Source: an uncultured Pseudomonadota bacterium (lineage in GTDB: Bacteria; Pseudomonadota; Alphaproteobacteria; Caulobacterales; Aquidulcibacteraceae). Taken from it: a stretch of DNA of 64,000 nt. The translations under genes and the position numbers were made by a program. Of the stretch, positions 29,138 through 38,601 are shown piece after piece (position 1 is the stretch's first letter; each line of letters opens with the position of its first letter). The stretch covers positions 524,361 through 588,360 of the forward strand of contig CAWIND010000003.1 of NCBI GenBank assembly GCA_963837475.1, written 5' to 3'. The notes beneath the pieces are model-generated. The model was not told the origin of the DNA. It searched no databases and saw nothing but the letters and a program-made list of their open reading frames with translations.

Positions 29138-29513
29138 CGGCGGACGGCGGATTGCTGCGTCCGGGCGCCATCAGCGCCAGCGCAAGACAGCCCATGGCCG
29201 CGACCGTCATCGATGCGGCGACAACAAGAAACGCTGTCCGGCGTCCGTCGTCCGCATTCGCGTAGGCGAGCCAAAACCCAAACGAGAGCGCGGTGAAAAC
29301 GACGACTTCACTCCAGGGCGGCTTTGTCTGATTGGCTTGCGTCAGCTGGTCGTAAAGTTGTTGCGGGGGATCTTTGCCGGCCGCGAGCATGGCTTTGATG
29401 ACATCGAGCGTCTGCGTGCGCCGCTGGTGATCGAGAAACGACACCCAGCCTTGGCCGATCATGCCGACAGCGACTGCGCCAAAGATGAAAAGTGCGATTG
29501 CCCAGTTTTCCAT
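29124..29513 (-). CDS. Membrane protein, DUF6249-like
   Basis: TM, then QRRTQTLDVIKAMLAAGKDPP, then two TM helices, upstream of the ECF sigma. Confidence 0.65.
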   Translation of the reverse strand: MENWAIALFIFGAVAVGMIGQGWVSFLDHQRRTQTLDVIKAMLAAGKDPPQQLYDQLTQANQTKPPWSEVVVFTALSFGFWLAYANADDGRRTAFLVVAASMTVAAMGCLALALMAPGRSNPPSADDDE

Positions 29514-29524
29514 GTGCGCCGCCA

Positions 29525-29776
29525 TCAGTGTTCGCGCCGGGGGAAGAAGCGCTCGCGCAGGCGCACGAGCATCTGGCGCCGCCCAGCCAGGAATGACCAT
29601 CCCAACACGCCCGCGCAAACCCAGAAAAATCCTTCCAGCGAAAGCGCGGCCACCGTCACCACGGCTGTCCACAAGGCAAGGCTCGGATGGAAGAAGAAAT
29701 ATGTGATCGCAACCGCGCCCCAGGCGGCTGCAACCACCAAGCCCGCCGCCGCAACAATCAACCACCGCACTTTCAT
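29525..29776 (-). CDS. Small two-TM membrane protein
   Basis: RBS AAGGAG, MKVRWLIVAAAG... Confidence 0.7.
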   Translation of the reverse strand: MKVRWLIVAAAGLVVAAAWGAVAITYFFFHPSLALWTAVVTVAALSLEGFFWVCAGVLGWSFLAGRRQMLVRLRERFFPRREH

Positions 29777-29881
29777 GGGCCATTCTCCTTGTTTCGATGG
29801 AGAGCAGCCGCCGCGCCGCCATTTGGATGCATGTCCGAATCCGGCGAGACATCGGCCCCGCGCGAGCCCATATTCGCGCCT

Positions 29882-31312
29882 ATGACACTCGACGCCGACA
29901 CCTGCCATGCGGCCTGCATCGCCAAGGACAAGCGCTTTGACGGGCGCTTCTATGTGGGGGTCAAATCCACCGGCATTTATTGCCGCTGCATTTGCCCCGC
30001 GCGCACGCCAAAGCGCGAGAACCGCACCTTCTGGCCCTCGGCCGCTGCCGCTGAAGCCGCCGGCTTTCGCCCATGTCTCTTGTGCCGCCCTGAACGGGCG
30101 CCCGGACTTGCGCCCATTGACGCGCCGGCGCGCCTTGCTTCTGCCGCTTACGCACGCATCGAAGCAGGCGCGCTCGAGGAGGCAGGACTTGAAGCTTTGG
30201 CCGACGAACTCGGCGTCACCTCGCGGCATTTGCGCCGCGTGATGAACGCGCAATTCGGCGCCTCACCTATCGATATCGCCCAAACCGGGCGCTTGCTGGC
30301 CGCCCGCCGGCTGCTCAACGAAACCGCGCTCTCGGTCACCGAGATCGCGTTTGCCTCCGGTTTCCGCAGTTTGCGCCGCTTCAACGCCACGATGAAGGAT
30401 CGCTATGGCGCCCCGCCAACAAAGATGCGCGGCCGCAAACAGCTTACGCGCGGCGAAACTTTCACCGTGAGCCTGTCGCCGCGCGGCGACTACGCCATCG
30501 CACCCATGCTCGATTTCCTCGCCAAGCGTGCGCTGCCCGGCGTCGAACGCGCAGATGCGAAGACTTATGCGCGCGTCTTGAAATGGGGCGATGCGCTGGG
30601 CTGGATTGAGATCGGCATGGGGCCGAAGGGTTTGGCGCTCACGCTTTCGGAAAACCTTGCGCCGCACTTGCGCCCGCTGGTCGCCAATGTCCGCGGCGCC
30701 TTTGATCTCGACGCGGAAATGACGGCCGTCGACGCCCATCTCGCCACCGACAAGGAACTGGCAAAAGATGTGAAGCGCGAGCCTGGCGTGCGTGTCCCAG
30801 GCGCGCTCGATGGTTTTGAACTCGCCATCCGCGCCGTGCTTGGCCAGCAAGTCACTGTTGCCGGCGCACGCACGCTCACTGAGCGGCTGGTCACGAAATT
30901 CGGCGCTCCCCTGGAAAAAGGACCAGAAGGGCTCGAGCGCGCTTTCCCGGAAGCAGCAGCGCTCGCTCATGCCGGGCCTGCAGCGATCGCCAAGATCGGC
31001 ATTCCGCTGAAGCGCGCCGAGACGCTGCATCGCCTTGGCGTCGCATCCGTCGATGGCAAGCTGCCGCTTGCGCGCGGCGCCATTGCGTCAGGCCGTACCG
31101 CACTCGCCCACATTCCCGGCATCGGCCCGTGGACGATCGAGTACGTCGCCATGCGTGCGCTCGGCGATCCCGATGCTTATCCCGCAACCGACATTGCCCT
31201 CATCAACGCGCTCGGGCGCAGGGGCGAGACGCTTGAACATCTAAAACCCTGGCGCGCCTACGCCGCGATCCGGCTCTGGCGGCGCGCCGCAAAGAAGGAA
31301 CTGCGCAAATGA
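29882..31312 (+). CDS. alkA: Ada Zn-binding/AraC plus AlkA DNA-3-methyladenine glycosylase fusion
   Basis: STGIYCRCICPAR, GFRPCLLCRP, HTH, IPGIGPWTIEYVAMR. Confidence 0.92.
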   Translation: MTLDADTCHAACIAKDKRFDGRFYVGVKSTGIYCRCICPARTPKRENRTFWPSAAAAEAAGFRPCLLCRPERAPGLAPIDAPARLASAAYARIEAGALEEAGLEALADELGVTSRHLRRVMNAQFGASPIDIAQTGRLLAARRLLNETALSVTEIAFASGFRSLRRFNATMKDRYGAPPTKMRGRKQLTRGETFTVSLSPRGDYAIAPMLDFLAKRALPGVERADAKTYARVLKWGDALGWIEIGMGPKGLALTLSENLAPHLRPLVANVRGAFDLDAEMTAVDAHLATDKELAKDVKREPGVRVPGALDGFELAIRAVLGQQVTVAGARTLTERLVTKFGAPLEKGPEGLERAFPEAAALAHAGPAAIAKIGIPLKRAETLHRLGVASVDGKLPLARGAIASGRTALAHIPGIGPWTIEYVAMRALGDPDAYPATDIALINALGRRGETLEHLKPWRAYAAIRLWRRAAKKELRK

Positions 31313-31794
31313 TCAGCACCGTCTATCAAAGCCCGATTGGCAAGCTCACGCTCGTCTCCGACGGCCAAGCGCTGACCCATCTCGATTTTGAAACCACCAA
31401 GACGCCTGCGCCGAAAGCGCCGCGCGGCTTGGACAAAGTGCTCACGCTCGCTTGCAAGGAGCTCGACGCCTATTTCGCCGGCAAACTGAAGCGCTTCACC
31501 GTGCCGGTACGCCCCGACGGCACCGCGTTTCAGCAACGCTGTTGGGCAGCACTCCAGAAAATTCCATATGGCGCAACGCGCAGCTATGGCCAACAGGCGA
31601 TCATTATCGGCAACCCCAACGCCATGCGTGCTGTCGGTCTAGCCAACGGCAAGAACCCGATCGCTGTGATCATTCCGTGCCACCGCGTCATCGGCGCCAA
31701 TGGCGCCTTGACGGGTTTTGGCGGCGGCCTGCCGCGCAAGCAATTCTTGCTGGAATTGGAGCAAGGACAGCGCCGATTGCAGGCAATTGGCTAG
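31309..31794 (+). CDS. ogt: Methylated-DNA-protein-cysteine methyltransferase
   Basis: IPYGATRSY, NPIAVIIPCHRVIG. Confidence 0.95.
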   Translation: MISTVYQSPIGKLTLVSDGQALTHLDFETTKTPAPKAPRGLDKVLTLACKELDAYFAGKLKRFTVPVRPDGTAFQQRCWAALQKIPYGATRSYGQQAIIIGNPNAMRAVGLANGKNPIAVIIPCHRVIGANGALTGFGGGLPRKQFLLELEQGQRRLQAIG

Positions 31795-31904
31795 GCCGCT
31801 CATCTGGGCTGAGGATTACGCATTCGCAACGGCGTTTGCCCGTCGCCTCCGGCCAGCGCCCCTGCTAAGAGCCGCCCGGGACAGATTCTCGGGAGTGGAA
31901 CACG

Positions 31905-32360
31905 ATGCGGATGCAGCTCGCTGCGGCTCTTTGCATTGCAACCTTGGCGACGCCTGGCTTCAGCGCGGCGCAAACGCAATCGACTTGGACCTCGTCTTAT
32001 ACGGACGGCGTCGTCACCGCGACCGAGACGGACAATCGTGGCCGCGTCACCGCCATGATCCAGTGCCGTCCGCCCACAGGCGAGATTGTGCTGAGCGACT
32101 TCACCTTGGCCCGCGATGGGCGCCGCGCGCGCACGACTGCCGTCGGCATCGGCAACATGACCGTCAACGTCCCGAGCCGCGTCGAGCGCAACGGGCGCGA
32201 CGATGCGCTCATGATCAACCTGCCGCAACGGCCGCCAATCCTGGCTGGCGTGCAGCCGAGCGACCACGTCACCGTCACCGTCAACAATCGCAGCCACGTT
32301 CTTTCCGACGGCAGCGCCTTGAAGATGAAGGAAGTGGCCTACGGTTGCTGGGGCAGCTGA
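31905..32360 (+). CDS. Secreted hypothetical beta-rich protein
   Basis: RBS GGGAG, signal peptide, two Cys. Confidence 0.75.
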   Translation: MRMQLAAALCIATLATPGFSAAQTQSTWTSSYTDGVVTATETDNRGRVTAMIQCRPPTGEIVLSDFTLARDGRRARTTAVGIGNMTVNVPSRVERNGRDDALMINLPQRPPILAGVQPSDHVTVTVNNRSHVLSDGSALKMKEVAYGCWGS

Positions 32361-32464
32361 ACGCAGTTCGCGCTGAGCAGAGCGGTTGCGCTGGGCGTTT
32401 GACACATTCTAACATCACCTTCACGGGCTGAGGCGCCGCCGGGGGGCGGCGACAGGGTGAAGGA

Positions 32465-32803
32465 ATGTGGGCCGAACCCATCAAATTCAGACGCGCGGAC
32501 GCGCCCTCACGGCGCCCAGTGTGCGTCACTGTGCGCGGCGAGGCGCGCGAAGGCGCCGAAAATGATTTCGAAGCGATCCTGAGGGATCTCGCCTTTTCGG
32601 TCGATGCCGATGAACCGGACTGCACGTCCTATGTCATCACCCGTCAGATGGGCTCACGCCGTCATTTCGTCGTGCATGCGCGCTTTGTCGATTGGCGTGC
32701 GTTTCAGCGCCACGCCGAGACCGCGCACTTTAACCGCATGCTCCCGCGGCTAAACGCGCTCCTGGCCGCGCCGGTCTCCATGGAGATTTTCCTGGAGGTA
32801 TAG
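32465..32803 (+). CDS. Antibiotic biosynthesis monooxygenase (quinol monooxygenase-like) protein
   Basis: ADEPDCTSY, AFQRHAETAHF. Confidence 0.8.
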   Translation: MWAEPIKFRRADAPSRRPVCVTVRGEAREGAENDFEAILRDLAFSVDADEPDCTSYVITRQMGSRRHFVVHARFVDWRAFQRHAETAHFNRMLPRLNALLAAPVSMEIFLEV

Positions 32804-34812
32804 GCGGCGCCCCGACTTGGCCACGACGCCGGGCGCGAAATTGGCCAGGATCGCCAATGCAAATGAGACAGCGCCGAACAACGGCGCAATGGAGCCTGCG
32901 ACGTCTGGCTGGCCGGGTCTCATCACCATCAGCGCAATGCATGAGGCCGTCATCGCCGCTGCTGCGCCAAACGAGATGCGCGTGCGTACGTTGGCGCCGC
33001 GCATGCGCCAGAACACCCAATGCGCCCAATAAAGTGCGGCGGGTGCTATGAAGCCCAAGCCATCGAAGCGTAGAGCCGGCCATGCCACGCGCGAGGGAAT
33101 GAGGAGCTGCCAATAGGGCGTCAGCCAAAGGGCGGCGATGAGCGCGCTGGCGGCGAGCGAGGCAGCGCCCAGCACAAGGATGCCTGCTTTGCGCGCCGAG
33201 CCCATGCGCCGCTTTTGTCCGCGCGCGGCAACCGCGAGCGCTATCGCAAGCCAAGCGGCGATGTGGAAGCCGGCTTCAACAAAGCCCACGGGCTGCATCA
33301 AAGGCGCGCCGCCCGAGAAGAGGAGCCGCAGCACCATGTCGGCTGTCGCCACGCTCAAGCCGATGGCCACAAGTTTAGCGAGCCCGCCGCTCACGCGTGC
33401 GCCCGCACGGCGCAAGGCTGAGCCGGCAATGCCTGCCAGTGCCGCGGGAAGTGCAAGACCGCCGGCGACAATGAAGGTCGAATTCCAGCCAGGCGTCTCG
33501 TGCAGGACGAGCGGGACGCCGCCGCTGGCGACAAACGCCGTCAGCAATGCCGCAACCATCGCGCAGATGCGCCACACCGCGTCTTCGAAGCGCGCAAAAA
33601 GCAAGGCAGCGACAAGCGAAAGAGCGCCAAGCGCGGAGGCCGCAAACGGCGCCGGGAAAGCCAAGAGGGCGCCCGCAACCGAAGCGATGAAGGCGCCCGC
33701 CGCGAGCACCCAGAGCGTGATCTTGAGTGCGGCCACGCCGCGCTGATGGCGCTGCGCCGCCGCTGCAACGACGCCAGCCAGCATCACAGCAAGGGCGATG
33801 AAGGCGCCGCCCGCCGCGCGCGGATCGGCCAAGCCTTGGTGCGAGTCATAAAGTGCAGCGATCACAAGCAGGGGTGCGAGCGCGCCAGTCGCGGCCAGCG
33901 TCACGCCGCGCGCGCCAAGCTGGGGAACGCGAACCGCAGCCGTCCCGAGGAAGAGCGCGCCGGCCCAGGTCGCGACCGGCGTGAACCAGATCGCAGCGCT
34001 TGGCTGGCCGCTCAAAACGAAGAGCCCGATCAACGTTGCAGCGAAGCCAGCGAGATGCATGTTCTCAAGCTTGAGCGAAAGCGCCCCGACAATGGCCGCC
34101 ATCGCCGCCATGACGCCGAAGGCGGCGCCCGCCGGTCCAATCATGCCAATCTGGTTGCCCAGCACGAGCGCTGCGAACGCCATCATCAGCGCGGCCGCTT
34201 CACCGGGTCCGGGATCGCGCAGCCGTGCATTGACGAGGCTGGCCACGCCGGCCAAGGCGAGCGCTGCGCCAAAGGTCAGCGGATCGGTCTGGGCGACGCG
34301 CAGAGCAAACCCGACGACGGCCCAAGTCCCGCCGTGACCATGCCAGTCCACGCCGCGGCGCGCCAATAACGGTCGAACGCCAGCACCATCATGCCAGCCG
34401 CGATCAGGAGCCCGCAGGCAACGACCAGGGCGTGATTGGCGGCGAACGGGAAAGCCAGCGCCGGCAGGATCGCAGCAAGCCCTAACGCTGCGCCGCGCGT
34501 GGTCTCCGGCGAGACGTATGGCAGCGCCTTCGACAGCGCCTCGGCCAGCGAAAAGCGCGTTGGCGCCGATGGCGCCGGCTCGACCATCGCTGGCGCGTTA
34601 TCCACCGATGTGATCACGCTCGCGCGTCCGCCAATGGCCACGACCTTGGTGCGCGCTTCGCCGGCGCGGCGCGATGTGCCTGCGCTCTTGGCCGCCAACG
34701 CCTGCTTCAGCGTAGCGATCTCATTTTGCTGACGCTCGATGCGCTGCCACAAGAGCGCTGCTCCACCGGCGGCGACAGCGAGTTGGATCGCAAGGAAAAT
34801 GAACAAAATCAT
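32750..34812 (-). CDS. Large polytopic membrane protein (DUF2339-like), frameshifted near 34325
   Basis: N-terminal TM and coiled coil followed by many TM helices; ORFs 34276..34812 and 32750..34366 join at TAG-WAVV. Confidence 0.7.
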
Positions 34813-34984
34813 GGGAAGCCCGAAAATGAACGCGCTTCCTAGCCGTTCGGGCTCGCCCCGGCATGCTCAAATCAGGATGGAAGCGCTGCACCTCACGCTG
34901 GTGTGACCGCAGCGCTTCACCTTACGTCCGCGCAATCTTTCACCACACCCCTGATTTAAAGCGTCTTTTCGTGACCTTAGAATT

Positions 34985-35795
34985 TCAGGCCCGTCCTTCA
35001 TGCAGCCGCGCTGCAATCTGCCGCGCCCGGCGCGACAATCGCTGCTGTTCACGTCGAAGCGCCTTCAGCGCTGCTGCCGCCTGACTGTCGCCGCCCGTCA
35101 GTGCTGGCTGTTTTTCGAGCTTGTCGCCCAGCATGGCCAAATCGTGCTCGCGTCCAAGTGCTTTGACGAGCTTCTTGTTGGCGCGGTGGCGCGCGGGTCT
35201 CGAGTGCGGCCAAGCATCTTCGAGGAGGGCCGCCGCGTAGAGGCGATCCTTCTCGCGCTGGCGCCATTCGTGACGCTTTTCTTCCGGCGCGCCATGATGA
35301 TGACCCTTGCGCCAAGCCTTGCGGGCCCGGCGCGCCACGCGCTGGGCGCCGCGTGCGACCTGCCTGGCGGATGCTTCCGGCCAAACCTGCGCCAACGCCA
35401 AGAGATCGCGCAGGCCTGCATTGCACCGCAGAATAATCCACAGGGCCGGCCAGATCGCGCGCGCGCTCGAGCGCTTCGCGCGCCGCATCGAGCGCCTTGG
35501 CTGCACGCTTCTTTGCGTGTTTGGCCAGTTCACGGGCGGTCTTGGCCTGCGCCGCCAGGTTCCGGGCTTCGGCAAGCGAGCCCATGATGGCGCGCGCGGA
35601 ATTGTTGAAGACGCCCGCGAGCCCAGGGGCAAAGGCGTGGCCAACACGCGCCAAGGCGCGCGCCCGCTTTAGCCGCACACGAGCCGCGTGCACCGCCTTC
35701 GGCTTGCCGTCGCTGCCTTCAAGGGATTGGATGGCGGCGCGCACTTCTTCTGAGAGCGCCTCGCGCAGATCGAATGGCGAACCCGGTGAACGCAT
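34985..35795 (-). CDS. CHAD-domain protein, frameshifted near 35420
   Basis: AVHAARVRLKRARAL, RHEWRQREK, LGREHDLAML. Confidence 0.8.
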
Positions 35796-35822
35796 CTTGT
35801 CACGCTTTCGCTTGCTGTTGGC

Positions 35823-36269
35823 TTAGCCCACGATCTTCTTGAGCGTGCCGGAAAAGGCAAGCAAGGGTCGCGTTGCTTGTGTGACGAGGCCGCGCACGAA
35901 GACCAGCGACCGTGTCGCCCGCAAGACCTCGCCGCGCGCTTCGATCATTTCATCGAGCCCGCCTGGGGATAAAAATTCGCAATTGAATGCGATGGTCACG
36001 GCCTTCGCGCCGGCAAGCGCCTCGTGTGCAATGGCGAAGAGCGCAAAATCCGCGAAACTCATCAGCGCGCCGCCGTGAATAGTGCCCCCGCCGTTCAAAT
36101 GCGTGCGCTTTGGCGCAAAGGCGCAGGTGACCTCGCGGCCTTGGGCGCGAAAACAGAACGGGCCGAGCGCTGTTTCGTATGGGTCTTCGCCCGCGCCCCA
36201 CGTCATCCAGCCCCGGAAAGGCCCATCATGGATGACAACAGGTCCGGCATTTCCGACGTTCTCTGCCAT
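35823..36269 (-). CDS. PaaI-family thioesterase
   Basis: HLNGGGTIHGGALMSFAD. Confidence 0.9.
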   Translation of the reverse strand: MAENVGNAGPVVIHDGPFRGWMTWGAGEDPYETALGPFCFRAQGREVTCAFAPKRTHLNGGGTIHGGALMSFADFALFAIAHEALAGAKAVTIAFNCEFLSPGGLDEMIEARGEVLRATRSLVFVRGLVTQATRPLLAFSGTLKKIVG

Positions 36270-36330
36270 CGGGAACCTCCCAGACCCATGGTTGGCATGT
36301 TAGGACAGACCCCGGCAAGGCAGGGGATCA

Positions 36331-36954
36331 ATGCGCAGACTATTGGCAATCGCTGCGGCGCTGCTTTTGGCGCAGTGCGCGACACGACCGGGCGAAGATC
36401 ACCGCTTCCGCGTCGGCCAGGAACCGCAAGGCATGGTCTTCATGGGCCTCGCCGAAGCCACTGGCGCCACCTCGCCAATCTACACAATGCTGTGGCGGCG
36501 CATCGATCCGGCCACTGGCGCCTTCATGCCGCTCAATGCGCAAACCAATTTCGAGGCCCGCACCGATGATGGCGGCTCGATCCGTATCGACGGCATCCCG
36601 GGCGAGTTTGAATTCGCGCGCCTGACGCCGGGCACATACGGGCTCGACAGCGTCTATGCGCTCATCCCCGCAGGTCACGTGAATTATTTTGCCCAGGGCA
36701 TCATTGTCGGCCCCGATCGTCCGACCTTTGATATTCGCGCCGGCGAGGCGATCTATCTGGGCATCTGGCAGATGAATTTGAACGACACCACCGCCGTCAC
36801 CCAGCTTTGGCGTCTCGATGCCCGTGACGGCGAGGCCGCAACGCGGCGCGCCAACCAGACCATTGGCAATGTCGTGTTGCGCGAAACCGGCTCGCGCGCC
36901 GTGCAATGTTCGCCCCATCGCCTCAACACCATCAGCCAGCGTCAGGTTTGCTGA
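36331..36954 (+). CDS. Putative lipoprotein
   Basis: MRRLLAIAAALLLAQC signal and lipobox-like Cys. Confidence 0.75.
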   Translation: MRRLLAIAAALLLAQCATRPGEDHRFRVGQEPQGMVFMGLAEATGATSPIYTMLWRRIDPATGAFMPLNAQTNFEARTDDGGSIRIDGIPGEFEFARLTPGTYGLDSVYALIPAGHVNYFAQGIIVGPDRPTFDIRAGEAIYLGIWQMNLNDTTAVTQLWRLDARDGEAATRRANQTIGNVVLRETGSRAVQCSPHRLNTISQRQVC

Positions 36955-38096
36955 TGCAGGCGTCCGACCTCGAGCCGCTGCTTTTTGGCATCCGCCGCTT
37001 CGTCAACGAGCGGCTCATTCCGCTCGAGGGCAAGGTTTCCGAAGACGACGCCATTCCCGCCGATGCGCTCGCGGAAATGGCCGCGCTTGGCCTCTTCGGC
37101 CTCTCCATTCCGGAAGACTATGGCGGCCTCGGTCTTTCGATGGAGGCCGAATGCCGGGTGATGTTCGAGTTCTGCCGCTCATCGCCGGCGTTTCGCTCCG
37201 CCTTCGGCACCAATGTCGGCATTGGCAGCCAAGGCCTCGTCATGTTCGGCGCCGAAGCGCAGAAGCGGCGCTGGCTGCCCGGCATCGCCAGCGGCGAGAT
37301 CGTTACATCGTTTGCACTCACCGAACCGGAGGCGGGCTCGGATTCCGCCGCGGTGCGAACCAAAGCCGAGCTTGCAGGCGATCATTACGTCGTCAATGGC
37401 GCCAAGCGCTACATCACCAACGCCAATCGCGCTTCGCTCTTCACCGTGATGGCGCGCACCGATCCCAACCAGAAGGGCGGTTCGGGCGTCAGCGCCTTCC
37501 TCGTTCCGCGCGATTTCGAAGGCGTCTCTGTCGGCAAGCCCGAAAAGAAAATGGGCCAGCAGGGCGCCCATATCTGCGATGTGAATTTCGACAACGTTAA
37601 AGTGCCGCTTGAAAACCGCTTGGGCGAAGAGGGCCAAGGCTTCCGCATCGCCATGCAAGTGCTTGATCGCGGCCGCCTCCACATTTCATCGGTCTGCGTC
37701 GGCGTCGCCGAGCGCTTGATCGAAGAGAGCGTGGCTTATGCCGCCGAACGCAAGCAATTCGGGCAGCCCATCGCCAGCTTCCAGATGATCCAGGCGATGC
37801 TGGCCGACAGCCGCGCTGAAGCCAATGCCGCTCGCGCCATGGTGTTGGAGGCCGCGCGCAAGCGCGACGCCGGCGAAAGCGTCACCATGGATGCCGCCGC
37901 CTGCAAGCTCTTCTGCTCGGAGATGGTGGGACGCGTCGCTGACCGCGCCGTGCAGATCTTCGGCGGCGCAGGCTACGTCGCCGATCACGGCATCGAGCGC
38001 TTCTATCGCGATGTGCGTCTCTTCCGCATCTATGAAGGCTCGAGTGAAATCCAGCGGCTCGTCATTTCACGCGAAATGATGAAGCGGGGTTCGTGA
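36954..38096 (+). CDS. Acyl-CoA dehydrogenase
   Basis: FALTEPEAGSD, RKQFGQPIASFQ, AVQIFGGAGY, RIYEGSSEIQR. Confidence 0.95.
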   Translation: MQASDLEPLLFGIRRFVNERLIPLEGKVSEDDAIPADALAEMAALGLFGLSIPEDYGGLGLSMEAECRVMFEFCRSSPAFRSAFGTNVGIGSQGLVMFGAEAQKRRWLPGIASGEIVTSFALTEPEAGSDSAAVRTKAELAGDHYVVNGAKRYITNANRASLFTVMARTDPNQKGGSGVSAFLVPRDFEGVSVGKPEKKMGQQGAHICDVNFDNVKVPLENRLGEEGQGFRIAMQVLDRGRLHISSVCVGVAERLIEESVAYAAERKQFGQPIASFQMIQAMLADSRAEANAARAMVLEAARKRDAGESVTMDAAACKLFCSEMVGRVADRAVQIFGGAGYVADHGIERFYRDVRLFRIYEGSSEIQRLVISREMMKRGS

Positions 38097-38596
38097 GCGA
38101 TCAGCCGCATTTCCGCTTCCACCCAAACGCCTATTCCGAAGGCGGTCCATTCAAACGTTCAGATCAAAGCTGCGATGTTTGCGAGCGGCAAGCGGTGTGG
38201 CGCTATATCGGCGAAATCTACATGGAGGACGAGCCGCCGATCGTGTGCGCGCGGTGCATGGCGTCTGGCGCTCTGCGCGCGCGTCTGCCTGCCGAGAGCT
38301 ACGTCCTGCAGGACATTGTCCTTGAGGGCGCTAACGAAGAATTGGCGAACGAAGTCCTCCTCGCCACGCCCAGTGTCGCGAGCATTAATCCGTTCGCATG
38401 GCCCGTGATCGATGGCGAACCGCTCGCCTATGTCGGCATCGGCGACGATGTCTCGCTGAAAAACGACGCCGCCGCACAACGCGCGATCGCGCGGGCCTTC
38501 GCCGATCTTGGCGAGGCGGCCGGCCATTCCAGCCGCGCACTCGTGTTTAAAGCGCTCGAGGCTGAGGACTATGTCGCCGTGATAGACATGGATTGA
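38093..38596 (+). CDS. CbrC (UPF0167) family protein
   Basis: PHFRFHPNAY, CDVC, CARCMASG. Confidence 0.75.
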   Translation: MSDQPHFRFHPNAYSEGGPFKRSDQSCDVCERQAVWRYIGEIYMEDEPPIVCARCMASGALRARLPAESYVLQDIVLEGANEELANEVLLATPSVASINPFAWPVIDGEPLAYVGIGDDVSLKNDAAAQRAIARAFADLGEAAGHSSRALVFKALEAEDYVAVIDMD

Positions 38597-38601
38597 GCGA
38601 G

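Noticed and set aside
38093-38596. CbrC-like gene as part of a defence system
   Set aside because: Single gene coupled to an acyl-CoA dehydrogenase, with no toxin or defence context
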